Source of the DNA: an uncultured Woeseiaceae bacterium
GTDB taxonomy: Bacteria; Pseudomonadota; Gammaproteobacteria; Steroidobacterales; Woeseiaceae
Direction of reading: 5' to 3'
Assembly: GCA_905182415.1 (NCBI GenBank)
Contig: CAJJBK010000003.1
Span: 36,640-100,639 of the forward strand
DNA: 64,000 nt
Part shown: one piece after another, positions 22,315-31,863 of the stretch
How positions within the stretch are numbered: the stretch's first letter is position 1
How the letters are laid out: each line of letters starts with the position of its first letter
Made by a program: the position numbers and the translations under genes
Notes under the pieces: model-generated
The model's input: only the letters and a program-made list of their open reading frames with translations
Databases searched by the model: none
What the model was told of the DNA's origin: nothing

Positions 22315-23685
22315 TTAGGAATAAATATATTCAGGTAACCAGGTTACGAGTTGTGGAAAAATGCAGAGTATTATGAGCATCGTCATCTGAATAAAAACAA
22401 AAGGCATAACACCTAAATAGATTTGTTTCGTAGAAATGGCGTCGGGTGCAACACCACGGAGATAAAAAAGTGCAAAACCAAATGGCGGGGTGAGAAATGA
22501 GGTTTGCAAGTTAATTGCTATCATTATACCCAGCCAAATTGGATCTATATTCATTGTGAGCAAAATGGGCGCGACAATAGGCACCACAACAAATGTTATC
22601 TCGATAAAATCCAATATAAAGCCGAGAACAAAAATAGCTAACATCACAATAAATATGGCAGTAAATTTATCGCCAGGTAATGCTAGTAAAAAATCTCGGA
22701 TGCTATCGTCACCACCAAAACCTCTGAATACCAAAGAAAAAATAGAAGCACCAATCAAAATAAAGAAAATCATACTAGTAATTCTTAAGGTGGTTTGCAT
22801 AACATTAGATAATTGCAGGAGAGACATTTTATTTCTAATATAAGAAATAAATAGCGCGCCAGAAGCTCCTATTCCAGCTGCTTCTGTGGGTGTTGCAAAA
22901 CCAAATAATATTGAACCAAGTACCGAGAAGATTAAAAAGAGTGGTGCAAATAGGGCACTGAAGATTTTTTTAAAACTTTGACTTTGAGGTTTTTGAGTCT
23001 TAATTTGATTTGCAGTATCAGGATAAAAATATCCTGATACTGATATGTAGAGTAAATACAATACAACTAAAATAAATCCAGGAATTAAGGCCCCAGCAAA
23101 AAGGTCACCGACAGATACCGTGCGGGGAGAGAAGTTGCCTTGAGATAACTGGGCATATTGAAAAGAAGAAGAAATAACATCACCCAACATAACCAGCACA
23201 ATTGAAGGCGGAATTATTTGACCAAGAGTGCCGGCCGCACAGATCGTCCCAGCTGATATTTCTGGCGAATAGCCTTTTTTTAACATCGTTGGTAAAGCAA
23301 GTAAACCTAATGTCACGACTGTCGCACCTACGATTCCGGTACTTGCGGCGAGCAACATGCCAATTATCATCACTGCGATACCCAGACCACCTTTAAGGCG
23401 CCAAAATAAATCAGAGAGGCTTTCTAAGAGGTCTTCGGCAATCTGAGATTTTTCTAATGTGATGCCCATAAAGATAAATAATGGGACCGCCAAAAGTGTT
23501 GTATTCGTCATTATTCCATAAACACGATTTGGTAGACCAGTTAAAAAAGCTTGTTCAAAAGATCCGGTAATAATTCCAATTGCTGCAAAAATTAATGAGG
23601 TTCCAGCCAAGGAAAAAGCCACAGGAAATCCTAATAACAGCACTATTATAATTGTGGCGAATAATAGTAAGGCCATCCACTCCAT
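22315..23685 (-). CDS. TRAP transporter large permease (DctM type)
   Basis: 456 aa, highly hydrophobic and polytopic. Starts 3 nt after the small-permease gene. Its stop abuts the stop of the binding-protein gene. Confidence 0.9.
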   Translation of the reverse strand: MEWMALLLFATIIIVLLLGFPVAFSLAGTSLIFAAIGIITGSFEQAFLTGLPNRVYGIMTNTTLLAVPLFIFMGITLEKSQIAEDLLESLSDLFWRLKGGLGIAVMIIGMLLAASTGIVGATVVTLGLLALPTMLKKGYSPEISAGTICAAGTLGQIIPPSIVLVMLGDVISSSFQYAQLSQGNFSPRTVSVGDLFAGALIPGFILVVLYLLYISVSGYFYPDTANQIKTQKPQSQSFKKIFSALFAPLFLIFSVLGSILFGFATPTEAAGIGASGALFISYIRNKMSLLQLSNVMQTTLRITSMIFFILIGASIFSLVFRGFGGDDSIRDFLLALPGDKFTAIFIVMLAIFVLGFILDFIEITFVVVPIVAPILLTMNIDPIWLGIMIAINLQTSFLTPPFGFALFYLRGVAPDAISTKQIYLGVMPFVFIQMTMLIILCIFPQLVTWLPEYIYS

Positions 23686-23687
23686 GT

Positions 23688-24194
23688 CTATGTTTTTGAG
23701 CTTTTAGTTTTAATTAGGATGGATAAACTTTGTAATATTAATGTTATTGGCATGATAATTAACATACTTTTTAAAATCGGAATGGCTGGATAGGGCAATC
23801 CACCGGCATCCCTAGATATTTCATTGACTGACCATGAAGCATAAACAAAGCCCCATGAAACAATGATGAAGTAGATACAAACTGGAAATACAAAAATAAG
23901 AATACCCATTATATTTATCCAATCTTGTTTTTTTTGGGAGAAGCTTCTGTATAAAATATCTACGCGTACATGCTCATTTTGTTGAAGGGTATAAGCTGAT
24001 CCTAGCAAAAATATAGCACTGTGAAACCACACTAGTGATTCTTGCATATAAATAGCTCCGAGATTAAAACCATATCTTAGTATAACGATAAGCATTGTCG
24101 TTAGAACCATAGCTAAAGTCAGCCAAGATACTGTTTTTCCGATAATCTGTATGGCCCTATCTATTAGGTTCGCAATGACGTTAAGTTTATTGAT
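23688..24194 (-). CDS. TRAP transporter small permease (DctQ type)
   Basis: Core ILRYGFNLGAIYMQESLVWFHSAIFLLGSAYTLQQNEHVRVDILYR. The ORF track starts at ATG 24110, but the family-typical N-terminus (NLIDRAIQIIGKTVSWLTLA) continues upstream to the in-frame TGA at 24200-24198. ATC 24194 is taken as the start. Confidence 0.85.
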   Translation of the reverse strand: MNKLNVIANLIDRAIQIIGKTVSWLTLAMVLTTMLIVILRYGFNLGAIYMQESLVWFHSAIFLLGSAYTLQQNEHVRVDILYRSFSQKKQDWINIMGILIFVFPVCIYFIIVSWGFVYASWSVNEISRDAGGLPYPAIPILKSMLIIMPITLILQSLSILIKTKSSKT

Positions 24195-24210
24195 GGGTCA
24201 CCAGATAGTT

Positions 24211-25659
24211 TTAATGACGCCAGAATGTGGGTGTGAACAAAACGAGTAATGTAAAAATTTCAAGCCTACCAAGTAACATACCAATAATTGCAATCCATTT
24301 AGCACTATTTGGCATGGTCATGAAGCCATTGGCAACTTCGCCTAGTCCTGGGCCTAGATTATTGAGTGTGGCGGCAACAGCCGAAAATGCAGTAACCTGG
24401 TCTAAACCAACCATCATCATCGCGATTAGCATGAATCCAAATACAATCAAATAGATTGAGAAGAAACCCCAAACTGCATCAACGATTCGATACGACACAG
24501 CATTTTTTCCTAATTTGACAGGAATTTCTGCGTTTGGGTGAACCAATCTTTTTATTTCACGAATTCCTTGTTTGTAAATTAATAGAAACCTTATAACTTT
24601 AATACCGCCTGCGGTCGATCCTGCTGAGCCACCAATAAAGCTAGCTAAAATCAGAACAATTGGAATAGCTCCTGGCCAATTAGCAAAATCGGTAGTAGTA
24701 AAGCCCGTGGTAGTAGCAATTGAGACAGCATGAAAGATGCCAGTTATGGGTATATTTTTGTTATCCAAGTGATCGCTGAGTAACAGCGCGATAATAACGA
24801 AAGCTGAAATAGATAATATAAGTTTTAAATAAGCTTGAAATTCATGGTCACTAAAATAATGTGCTATGTTTTTATTGCGCCAGGTAAAAAAATGGAGTGA
24901 AAAGTTGATCCCGGCAGCAAACATAAAGAAAATAGCAATAAGCTCAATACCCGTATTATTAAAATATCCAATACTTAGGTCATGTGTTGAAAAACCACCT
25001 ATTGCTACAGTAGAGAATGCATGACATATAGCATCAAAACCGCTCATGCCAGCTATATAGTAACTACCAGCACAAAGTATGGTGAAAACAAGATATACAT
25101 ACCATAATGCTTTTGCCGTTTCTGTAATTCTAGGGGTTAGCTTATTGTCTTTTATTGGCCCAGGTGTTTCAGCCCGATAAAGTTGCATTCCGCCAATTCC
25201 GAGCATGGGCAAAACGGCTACTGCTAAAACAATAATACCCATACCTCCGAGCCATTGAAGCTGCTGTCGATAATACAATATAGATTTAGGTAAAAAATCA
25301 AGGCCTGATAATACCGTTGCACCTGTCGTAGTAAGCCCTGACATTGATTCGAATATTGCGTCAGTGAGTGACATATTGGGTTGAGATGAAAAATACAATG
25401 GCGAAGCCCCAAAAACACCTAATACCACCCAAAATAATGCTACTACGAGAAATCCGTCTCTCAATCTAAGTTCATTACCCGAATGACGGACAGGAAGCCA
25501 AATGATTAGACCTGAAAGTACAGTTAAGAAAAATCCAAAGAGGAAAGATACCCAGACATTATCCTCATAAAGAAAACTAATAATGATTGGCGGCAGCATT
25601 GTAATGCTGAATATCATTAATAAAATACCTATTATTCTTTGTATGACTTGCCAGTTCAT
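24211..25659 (-). CDS. trkH: Trk-type potassium uptake protein TrkH
   Basis: 482 aa, polytopic. Repeated selectivity-filter-like GLTTTGAT and TTTGFTT motifs. Lies downstream of trkA. Confidence 0.92.
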   Translation of the reverse strand: MNWQVIQRIIGILLMIFSITMLPPIIISFLYEDNVWVSFLFGFFLTVLSGLIIWLPVRHSGNELRLRDGFLVVALFWVVLGVFGASPLYFSSQPNMSLTDAIFESMSGLTTTGATVLSGLDFLPKSILYYRQQLQWLGGMGIIVLAVAVLPMLGIGGMQLYRAETPGPIKDNKLTPRITETAKALWYVYLVFTILCAGSYYIAGMSGFDAICHAFSTVAIGGFSTHDLSIGYFNNTGIELIAIFFMFAAGINFSLHFFTWRNKNIAHYFSDHEFQAYLKLILSISAFVIIALLLSDHLDNKNIPITGIFHAVSIATTTGFTTTDFANWPGAIPIVLILASFIGGSAGSTAGGIKVIRFLLIYKQGIREIKRLVHPNAEIPVKLGKNAVSYRIVDAVWGFFSIYLIVFGFMLIAMMMVGLDQVTAFSAVAATLNNLGPGLGEVANGFMTMPNSAKWIAIIGMLLGRLEIFTLLVLFTPTFWRH

Positions 25660-25673
25660 TGTTTGTTCATATC

Positions 25674-27053
25674 TTATTTAGTTAGAACATTATCTTTTTG
25701 AAATAGTTTTTCTAAATGAGCGATGTTTCTTCTGTCTGTTAAAAATAATATGACGTGGTCATCTTTTTCTATAATGGTGTCATGGTGAGCCATGATAACT
25801 TCTTCACCGCGAACAATAGTCACAATATTACAGCCATGAGGTAAATCAATATCTTCAATTTTTTTCCCTACTACGGGTGAATTTTTATTATCACCATGAG
25901 CAATTGCTTCAATGGCTTCTGCTGACCCTCTCCTTAATGAGTGTACTTTGACTACGTCGCCGCCTCGCACATAAGCCAAAAGTGATCCTATGGTAATTTG
26001 TTTGGGGGAAACGGCAATATCAATTGTTCCAGCTTCAACTAAATCAGCATAAGTTGGCCGATTTATGAGCGCCATAACTTTACTGGCACCCATTCTTTTG
26101 GCTAACATCGCTGATAAAATATTAGCTTCTTCAGCATTTGTTAGTGCACAAAATATATCGACATCATCTATATCTTCTTCAAGCAGCAACTCTTCATCAG
26201 CTGCATCACCCACTAGGACAATAGCTTTATTTAGTTGTTCGGAAATTATTTTAGCTCTTTCTGGATTGCGTTCAATAATTTTTACATGATTTGTTTCTTC
26301 TAGAGCCGAAGCTAAGCGAACACCAATGTGACCTCCACCCGCGATTAATACTCTTCTGACAGGGCTATCAATTTTTCTCATTTCGCTCAAAAAGGCGCGG
26401 ATATCTTTTTTTGCAGCAATGAAAAATACTTCATCACCAGAACGAATTATTGTATCTCCTTCCGGTTGAAGAGATTGTCCATCACGATAAATAGCTGCAA
26501 TTCTTCCTTCTGTATTTGGAATATGCTCTTTAAGTGTTGAGATTTTTTGTCCAACGAGTGAGCCATCTTTATTTACTTTTGCTGCTACTAATCGTACCTC
26601 GCCATTCGCAAATTTAAGTACCTGCAACGCACCAGGATAATGTATTAATTGTTCTATATGTTCGCAAACGAGTTGTTCAGGGCTCAAACAAACATCAACC
26701 GGAATAGCTTCCAGATTAAATAGGCCCTCAGTACGTATGTATGCGGCAGAGCGGATACGAGCAACTTTAGTCTCAATGTTAAAGATGGTAGATGAAATTT
26801 GACAAGCCAACATATTAGTTTCATCAGAATCTGTTAATGCAATGACAATATCAGTATCTTCAGCACCTGCTCGTTTTAAAACATCGGGGTGAGATGCATG
26901 ACCAGAAATTGTTCTTATGTCGAGACGATCTTGCAGCTCCCTTAATATATCTTTTCTCGTATCAACGACTGTGACGTCATTACTTTCTTCACGAGAAAGA
27001 TGCTCCGCAGCTGATGAGCCTACTTGTCCTGCACCTAAAATAAGTATTTTCAT
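25674..27053 (-). CDS. trkA: Trk system NAD-binding component TrkA
   Basis: 459 aa. Two tandem Rossmann plus TrkA-C halves (ILGAGQVG and IAGGGHIG). Confidence 0.93.
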   Translation of the reverse strand: MKILILGAGQVGSSAAEHLSREESNDVTVVDTRKDILRELQDRLDIRTISGHASHPDVLKRAGAEDTDIVIALTDSDETNMLACQISSTIFNIETKVARIRSAAYIRTEGLFNLEAIPVDVCLSPEQLVCEHIEQLIHYPGALQVLKFANGEVRLVAAKVNKDGSLVGQKISTLKEHIPNTEGRIAAIYRDGQSLQPEGDTIIRSGDEVFFIAAKKDIRAFLSEMRKIDSPVRRVLIAGGGHIGVRLASALEETNHVKIIERNPERAKIISEQLNKAIVLVGDAADEELLLEEDIDDVDIFCALTNAEEANILSAMLAKRMGASKVMALINRPTYADLVEAGTIDIAVSPKQITIGSLLAYVRGGDVVKVHSLRRGSAEAIEAIAHGDNKNSPVVGKKIEDIDLPHGCNIVTIVRGEEVIMAHHDTIIEKDDHVILFLTDRRNIAHLEKLFQKDNVLTK

Positions 27054-27105
27054 ATAATCTTTATGCTATTTTTTTGAAAAATAAATTACAAATTATTAAT
27101 TAAAT

Positions 27106-29265
27106 TTATTTAAGTTCAAGGTTAGCATAACTAAGAACTAACCACTTTGTTCCAGCATCTTCAAAATTAACTTGTACGCGAGCGTGAACTCCTTGACCTT
27201 CATAAGCAAGTATTATTCCTTCGCCAAACTTAGCATGATGAGCTCTCTGGCCCAATTGAACCGGAGGTTCAGTCACTTGGTGCGAGGTTTTTTTTCTAGT
27301 ATGTATTTGAGTTTGATAATGATTGATACGTGTTTGTCTTATTTCTTCTTTTAATTCAGAAGGAATTTCAGTCATAAAGCGTGAAGGCGGTGCATGATTG
27401 TCCTGTCCATGAAGCCTCCTTTGTTCCGCGTAAGTTAGGTACAATATTTGTTCGGCTCGGGTTATCCCTACATAACAAAGTCTGCGCTCTTCTTCTAAGC
27501 TTCTTGGGTCAACTATACTTCTTTGATGAGGAAATAGGCCATCTTCCATGCCACACATAAAGACTAGTGGAAACTCTAAACCCTTTGCAGAATGCATGGT
27601 CATCAGCTGTACACAATCTTCCCATGCACTTGCTTGTTCTTCTCCCGCTTCCAGTGCAGCATGCGCTAAAAAAGCATCCAGAACAGTCATGTCATCATCA
27701 TTATCTATTTCATAGCTTTTTGCTGCTGAAACGAGTTCCTCTAAATTTTCTATCCTAGTTAGACCTCGTTCGCCTTTTTCATTTTGGTGGAGCTCAATTA
27801 AGCCGCTTAGATTTATCAAATGATCAATTTTATCATGTATCTCTAAATCTTCTGTTTCTCTTTTCATTTTATTTATGAGAGAAATAAAATGACTGATTTT
27901 GATAAATTTTTTGCCAGTTGGATCATTCTTGGCAAGATGACAGGCAGCTTCCCATAGTGAAGAATTATTTTCTTTAGCGCACACTCTAATACCATCAAGT
28001 GCTTTAGCGCCTATACCGCGCGTTGGTTTATTTATTATTCTTTCAAAAGAAGTATCATCAGTTTGATATGTAACCACCCTTAAATAAGCTAGGGCGTCTT
28101 TTATTTCTGATCTTTCAAAAAATCTCAGTCCACCGTATATTCTATATGGCATAGATGCACTAATTAAAGCTTCTTCTAATGCCCTAGACTGAGCATTAGA
28201 TCGATAAATAATGGCTGCTTCTGATCGCTTGTTTCCTTGTTTTTCCCAATCAGAAATTCTCCCTACAATGAATCCTGCTTCATCTCTTTCATTGAAAGCT
28301 GAATATATTTTTAGTAATTCTCCAGCTTTTCCATCCGTCCAAAGCTCTTTTGGTATCCTTTTTTCATTATTGGTTATAATCGCATTGGCGGCTTTTAAAA
28401 TAGTTGCAGTTGAGCGATAATTTTGTTCCAAAGTAATTATTTTCGTTGCGGGAAAATCTTTTTGAAATTGTTTAATGTGCTTAATTTTCGCACCACGCCA
28501 TCCATATACTGATTGATCCTCATCGCCCACAGCAAATGGAATTCCCTCAGGGCCTGTTAAGAGTCTCAAAAAAGCATATTGAATAGTATTTGTATCTTGA
28601 AATTCATCGACTAAAAGGTGCTTAAATATTCTGTGATATTTTTCAAGTACTAATGGATTGTCTCTGAACAGTTCATATGACTTTAATAATAATTCAGCGA
28701 AATCAACAAGACTTCCTTGATCGCATATAACCTGATAACTCTCATATAGTTTGATATGTTGAATTAAATCTGGATCATTCTTATTGTCTATTTGATCTGA
28801 GCGTAATCCTTCATCTTTCTGTTTATTAATAAAGTGTTGAATATTTTTAGGGTTATATCGATCATCGTCTAGCCCAAGACTTTTGACCAATCTTTTTATT
28901 ATTCGTAGTTGATCGCCGGAATCAATGATTTGAAAGTTTTTTTGTAAGTTTACTTCAGTTGCATGCCTTCTTAAAAAGCGGTGAGCTATACCGTGAAAAG
29001 TGCCAATCCAAAGATTATTAACTGGTATGTCAAGCAACCTCTCGATACGATTCCTCATTTCCTTGGCAGCTTTGTTCGTAAAGGTAACGGCCATAATATG
29101 GTGTGGTGAGGTATTTTCTACATCTATCAACCATGCAATGCGATGGGTTAAAACTCTTGTTTTACCACTACCTGCACCTGCAATTACAAGCATAGGTGAA
29201 GCGGGCCCAGAAACTGCTTTACGCTGCGGCTCATTTAGAGAGTCAAGTATTGGGGTTACATCCAT
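27106..29265 (-). CDS. uvrD: DNA helicase II
   Basis: 719 aa. SF1 motifs AGAGSGKT, DEFQDTN and a YRS region. UvrD-type C-terminal tail HHAKFGEGIILAYEG. Confidence 0.88.
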   Translation of the reverse strand: MDVTPILDSLNEPQRKAVSGPASPMLVIAGAGSGKTRVLTHRIAWLIDVENTSPHHIMAVTFTNKAAKEMRNRIERLLDIPVNNLWIGTFHGIAHRFLRRHATEVNLQKNFQIIDSGDQLRIIKRLVKSLGLDDDRYNPKNIQHFINKQKDEGLRSDQIDNKNDPDLIQHIKLYESYQVICDQGSLVDFAELLLKSYELFRDNPLVLEKYHRIFKHLLVDEFQDTNTIQYAFLRLLTGPEGIPFAVGDEDQSVYGWRGAKIKHIKQFQKDFPATKIITLEQNYRSTATILKAANAIITNNEKRIPKELWTDGKAGELLKIYSAFNERDEAGFIVGRISDWEKQGNKRSEAAIIYRSNAQSRALEEALISASMPYRIYGGLRFFERSEIKDALAYLRVVTYQTDDTSFERIINKPTRGIGAKALDGIRVCAKENNSSLWEAACHLAKNDPTGKKFIKISHFISLINKMKRETEDLEIHDKIDHLINLSGLIELHQNEKGERGLTRIENLEELVSAAKSYEIDNDDDMTVLDAFLAHAALEAGEEQASAWEDCVQLMTMHSAKGLEFPLVFMCGMEDGLFPHQRSIVDPRSLEEERRLCYVGITRAEQILYLTYAEQRRLHGQDNHAPPSRFMTEIPSELKEEIRQTRINHYQTQIHTRKKTSHQVTEPPVQLGQRAHHAKFGEGIILAYEGQGVHARVQVNFEDAGTKWLVLSYANLELK

Positions 29266-30174
29266 TTATATCAAAAAATCACTGATTCTTAATGGTAAGT
29301 AATGATCTATAAGCAAAGCCGTAAATAAGATCGTTAAATAATGAATTGAAAAACGAAAGACTCTCATTGGTAATTCAATATCTTCGTCTTTTTTTAATTT
29401 TATTGCATACCATAAAAAAGCTGCTCCAGATGCAATTGCTGTGACTAAATAAATTAGCCCACTCATACCAGTTTGATAAGGCAATATAGTTATACCAACT
29501 AATAGAATTGTATAATTCAATATAAATAAGCGTGTAAAGGCATTGCCATGAGTGACTGGAAGCATTGGAATATTAGCTTTTTCATAATCATCTTTTCTTG
29601 CAATCGCTAAAGCCCAGAAATGTGGTGGAGTCCAGAGAAATATAATAAGAAAGAGAATTAAGGCGTCACTATGAATTTCTCCAGTTACTGCAGTCCAACC
29701 AAGAACGGGTGGTGCCGCTCCGGCGGCTCCTCCGATCACTATATTTTGAGGAGTTGTTCTTTTTAAATACACGGTATAGATCACCGCATAACCGATCAAA
29801 GACAAAAAAGTTAAAATTGCAGTTAGTAGATTTATCCTAAATAAAAGTATTAGCATTGAAATAACACATAAAATTAAAGAGAAAAATAATGCTTTCTGCT
29901 GAGAGATTTTACCTTGCGGTAATGGTCGATTTTTAGTTCGAGTCATTTTTTCATCAATTTTCGCATCAAGAACATGATTGATCACGGCGGCAGATGAAGC
30001 ACTAAGACCGATTCCTAATGCGCCAAAAAATACCACATCTAAAGGAGGAAGTGCACTGGTTGATAGGAGCATTCCAACAATGCCACAAAAGACAATTAAT
30101 ACCACAACACGCGGTTTTGTTAGCTCATAATAATCTTGCCAATTTGCTTGATTGGTGTGTGATATATTTTGCAA
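29266..30174 (-). CDS. ctaB: Protoheme IX farnesyltransferase (heme O synthase)
   Basis: 302 aa, polytopic. UbiA-superfamily motif DAKIDEKMTRTKNRPLPQG. Lies next to SURF1. Confidence 0.9.
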   Translation of the reverse strand: MQNISHTNQANWQDYYELTKPRVVVLIVFCGIVGMLLSTSALPPLDVVFFGALGIGLSASSAAVINHVLDAKIDEKMTRTKNRPLPQGKISQQKALFFSLILCVISMLILLFRINLLTAILTFLSLIGYAVIYTVYLKRTTPQNIVIGGAAGAAPPVLGWTAVTGEIHSDALILFLIIFLWTPPHFWALAIARKDDYEKANIPMLPVTHGNAFTRLFILNYTILLVGITILPYQTGMSGLIYLVTAIASGAAFLWYAIKLKKDEDIELPMRVFRFSIHYLTILFTALLIDHYLPLRISDFLI

Positions 30175-30262
30175 TTTTTTTGCCTTAGTTTAGTTTATTA
30201 AATAAATCTTAATCATGATTAATTATATCATTAATTTTAATTTGACTTAATTTAGAAGCTCA

Positions 30263-30982
30263 TTATTTGTTTTTTATTAATAATCTCTTCAGTTTAATTA
30301 TTAAGACAACTATTATTCCAAAACACATTAAGAACCATTGAATGGCGTAGCCATAATTAGTGGAAGTGCTTGACACTCTGGGCTCCCAATTTCTTTGAAA
30401 CCCGTTTTTTTCTTCTGGATCTAATAATAGTATATAAGAAAATAATTTACGTCCAAAAAGGATTTCAATTTCTTTTATTGTTGGATATATACCTATGGCA
30501 GGCCAGGTGATAGTTTCACTAAACGCTTCAGAATCTCGAATTGCCATTCTGGGTAGGTTGCCAGATCTTCCGTTGACTGAATTAGGCATTGTATTAATAT
30601 TAATATCTGGCTTTGAATTAGAATTAATATTTTTCTTAACCCAGCCTCGATTTACAAGCAGCCATGGCAGTTCGTTGTTAATCTCAAAGGGCGTAATGAT
30701 CATTTGGCCTAGCTGACCATTTCTAATGATGTTATCAATTACAATTTGTTTTTCAGCAATATATTTTCCTGTTGTTTGGATTTGCAGATATTCATCTATA
30801 GGCAAATCATTTTGAATGCTCAAATAACTGGTTTCAGATAAATATGCCTCATTTAAGGTATCTTTTGCTTTAGCTCGATCTAATTGCCAAAATCCGAGTG
30901 ACGCAAAACAATATATTAATAGTAGTAAAAGAATATAAGGCATTATAAAAGTTAAGTGCCGATTTAATTTTAATTCTGACAT
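30263..30982 (-). CDS. SURF1-family cytochrome oxidase assembly protein
   Basis: 239 aa. N- and C-terminal TM helices and the VNRGWV motif. Context with ctaB. Confidence 0.75.
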   Translation of the reverse strand: MSELKLNRHLTFIMPYILLLLLIYCFASLGFWQLDRAKAKDTLNEAYLSETSYLSIQNDLPIDEYLQIQTTGKYIAEKQIVIDNIIRNGQLGQMIITPFEINNELPWLLVNRGWVKKNINSNSKPDININTMPNSVNGRSGNLPRMAIRDSEAFSETITWPAIGIYPTIKEIEILFGRKLFSYILLLDPEEKNGFQRNWEPRVSSTSTNYGYAIQWFLMCFGIIVVLIIKLKRLLIKNK

Positions 30983-30990
30983 GAGTATTT

Positions 30991-31851
30991 TTATGGTGCC
31001 TGTTTTCTTATCTGTGAAATATCGACTGAATATTCATTGGGATTTGAGTTTAAATGTTTGCCCCATGCATGGCCATATATTAGTTCTAATTCGACATTAA
31101 ATTGATCGTTTTTAATATTATTTTTCAGCCCTAGTTTAAATTCTTCAATTTTTTTCTTGCCAGTCAATGTTGGATTTCTATTTTTCAGACAATTACTTGC
31201 CCCAGAATTTCTAAGATCAGAGAAAAGCGAGTCAATATTTTTGTAATTAATAGTGAGTTTCTCGGCATCTAAAACAGGATCACCAAGACCGGATTGTAAT
31301 ATTTGGTCACCAATAATATGCATGTCTATAAAAGGGTTAATATGCTCATAATTATCAAGCTTGCTCCATATAGATTTGATAATTTGTAAGCTATCGGGCC
31401 CAAGAGTAGAAAAAATAAATAATCCATCATTCTTGAGTATGCGACTAATTTCAATGAAGAATAGGGGAAGATTTTCAATCCAGGGCATCAGCAGATTTGC
31501 AAAAATTAGATCAATGGAATTATTTTTGAATGGTAAAGAATATGCAGAGGCCTGTATTTCTGTAATTGGATTTAAAATGGAGCGTTTTTTTCTTGACTCT
31601 ATCAGCATGCCCTGAGATAAATCTAAGCTAAAGATATGGCATTTTTTGTAGTGTTTCGCTAAAAATCTTGAACTTGAACCATTAGCGCACCCTAGATCGA
31701 TAGCTATTTTTGGATTTAAGTTCATTAACGTCATTCTTTCAATCAGATCATTGCGACAATGATGATGAATAAAATCATGCTTTGCGAATGTTTTCGCCGC
31801 AGCATTGGATTTTCTTTCTATATTGTGCTGAAAAAATATATTATCAATCAT
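30991..31851 (-). CDS. bioC: Class I SAM methyltransferase, BioC-like (malonyl-ACP O-methyltransferase family)
   Basis: 286 aa. Motifs IDLGCANGSSS, FSTLGPDSL and FIDMHIIGD, with the C-terminal YGHAWGK typical of Pseudomonas-type BioC. Not located in a bio operon. Confidence 0.55.
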   Translation of the reverse strand: MIDNIFFQHNIERKSNAAAKTFAKHDFIHHHCRNDLIERMTLMNLNPKIAIDLGCANGSSSRFLAKHYKKCHIFSLDLSQGMLIESRKKRSILNPITEIQASAYSLPFKNNSIDLIFANLLMPWIENLPLFFIEISRILKNDGLFIFSTLGPDSLQIIKSIWSKLDNYEHINPFIDMHIIGDQILQSGLGDPVLDAEKLTINYKNIDSLFSDLRNSGASNCLKNRNPTLTGKKKIEEFKLGLKNNIKNDQFNVELELIYGHAWGKHLNSNPNEYSVDISQIRKQAP

Positions 31852-31863
31852 GCTATTTTCGAT

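Noticed and set aside
30209-30222. 14-bp perfect palindrome TTAATCATGATTAA between SURF1 and ctaB, and a similar ATTAATG-TC-CATTAAT at 61206-61221 upstream of yajQ
   Set aside because: They are short and almost pure A/T, so such palindromes are expected by chance at this base composition. No associated regulator or repeated occurrence was seen.
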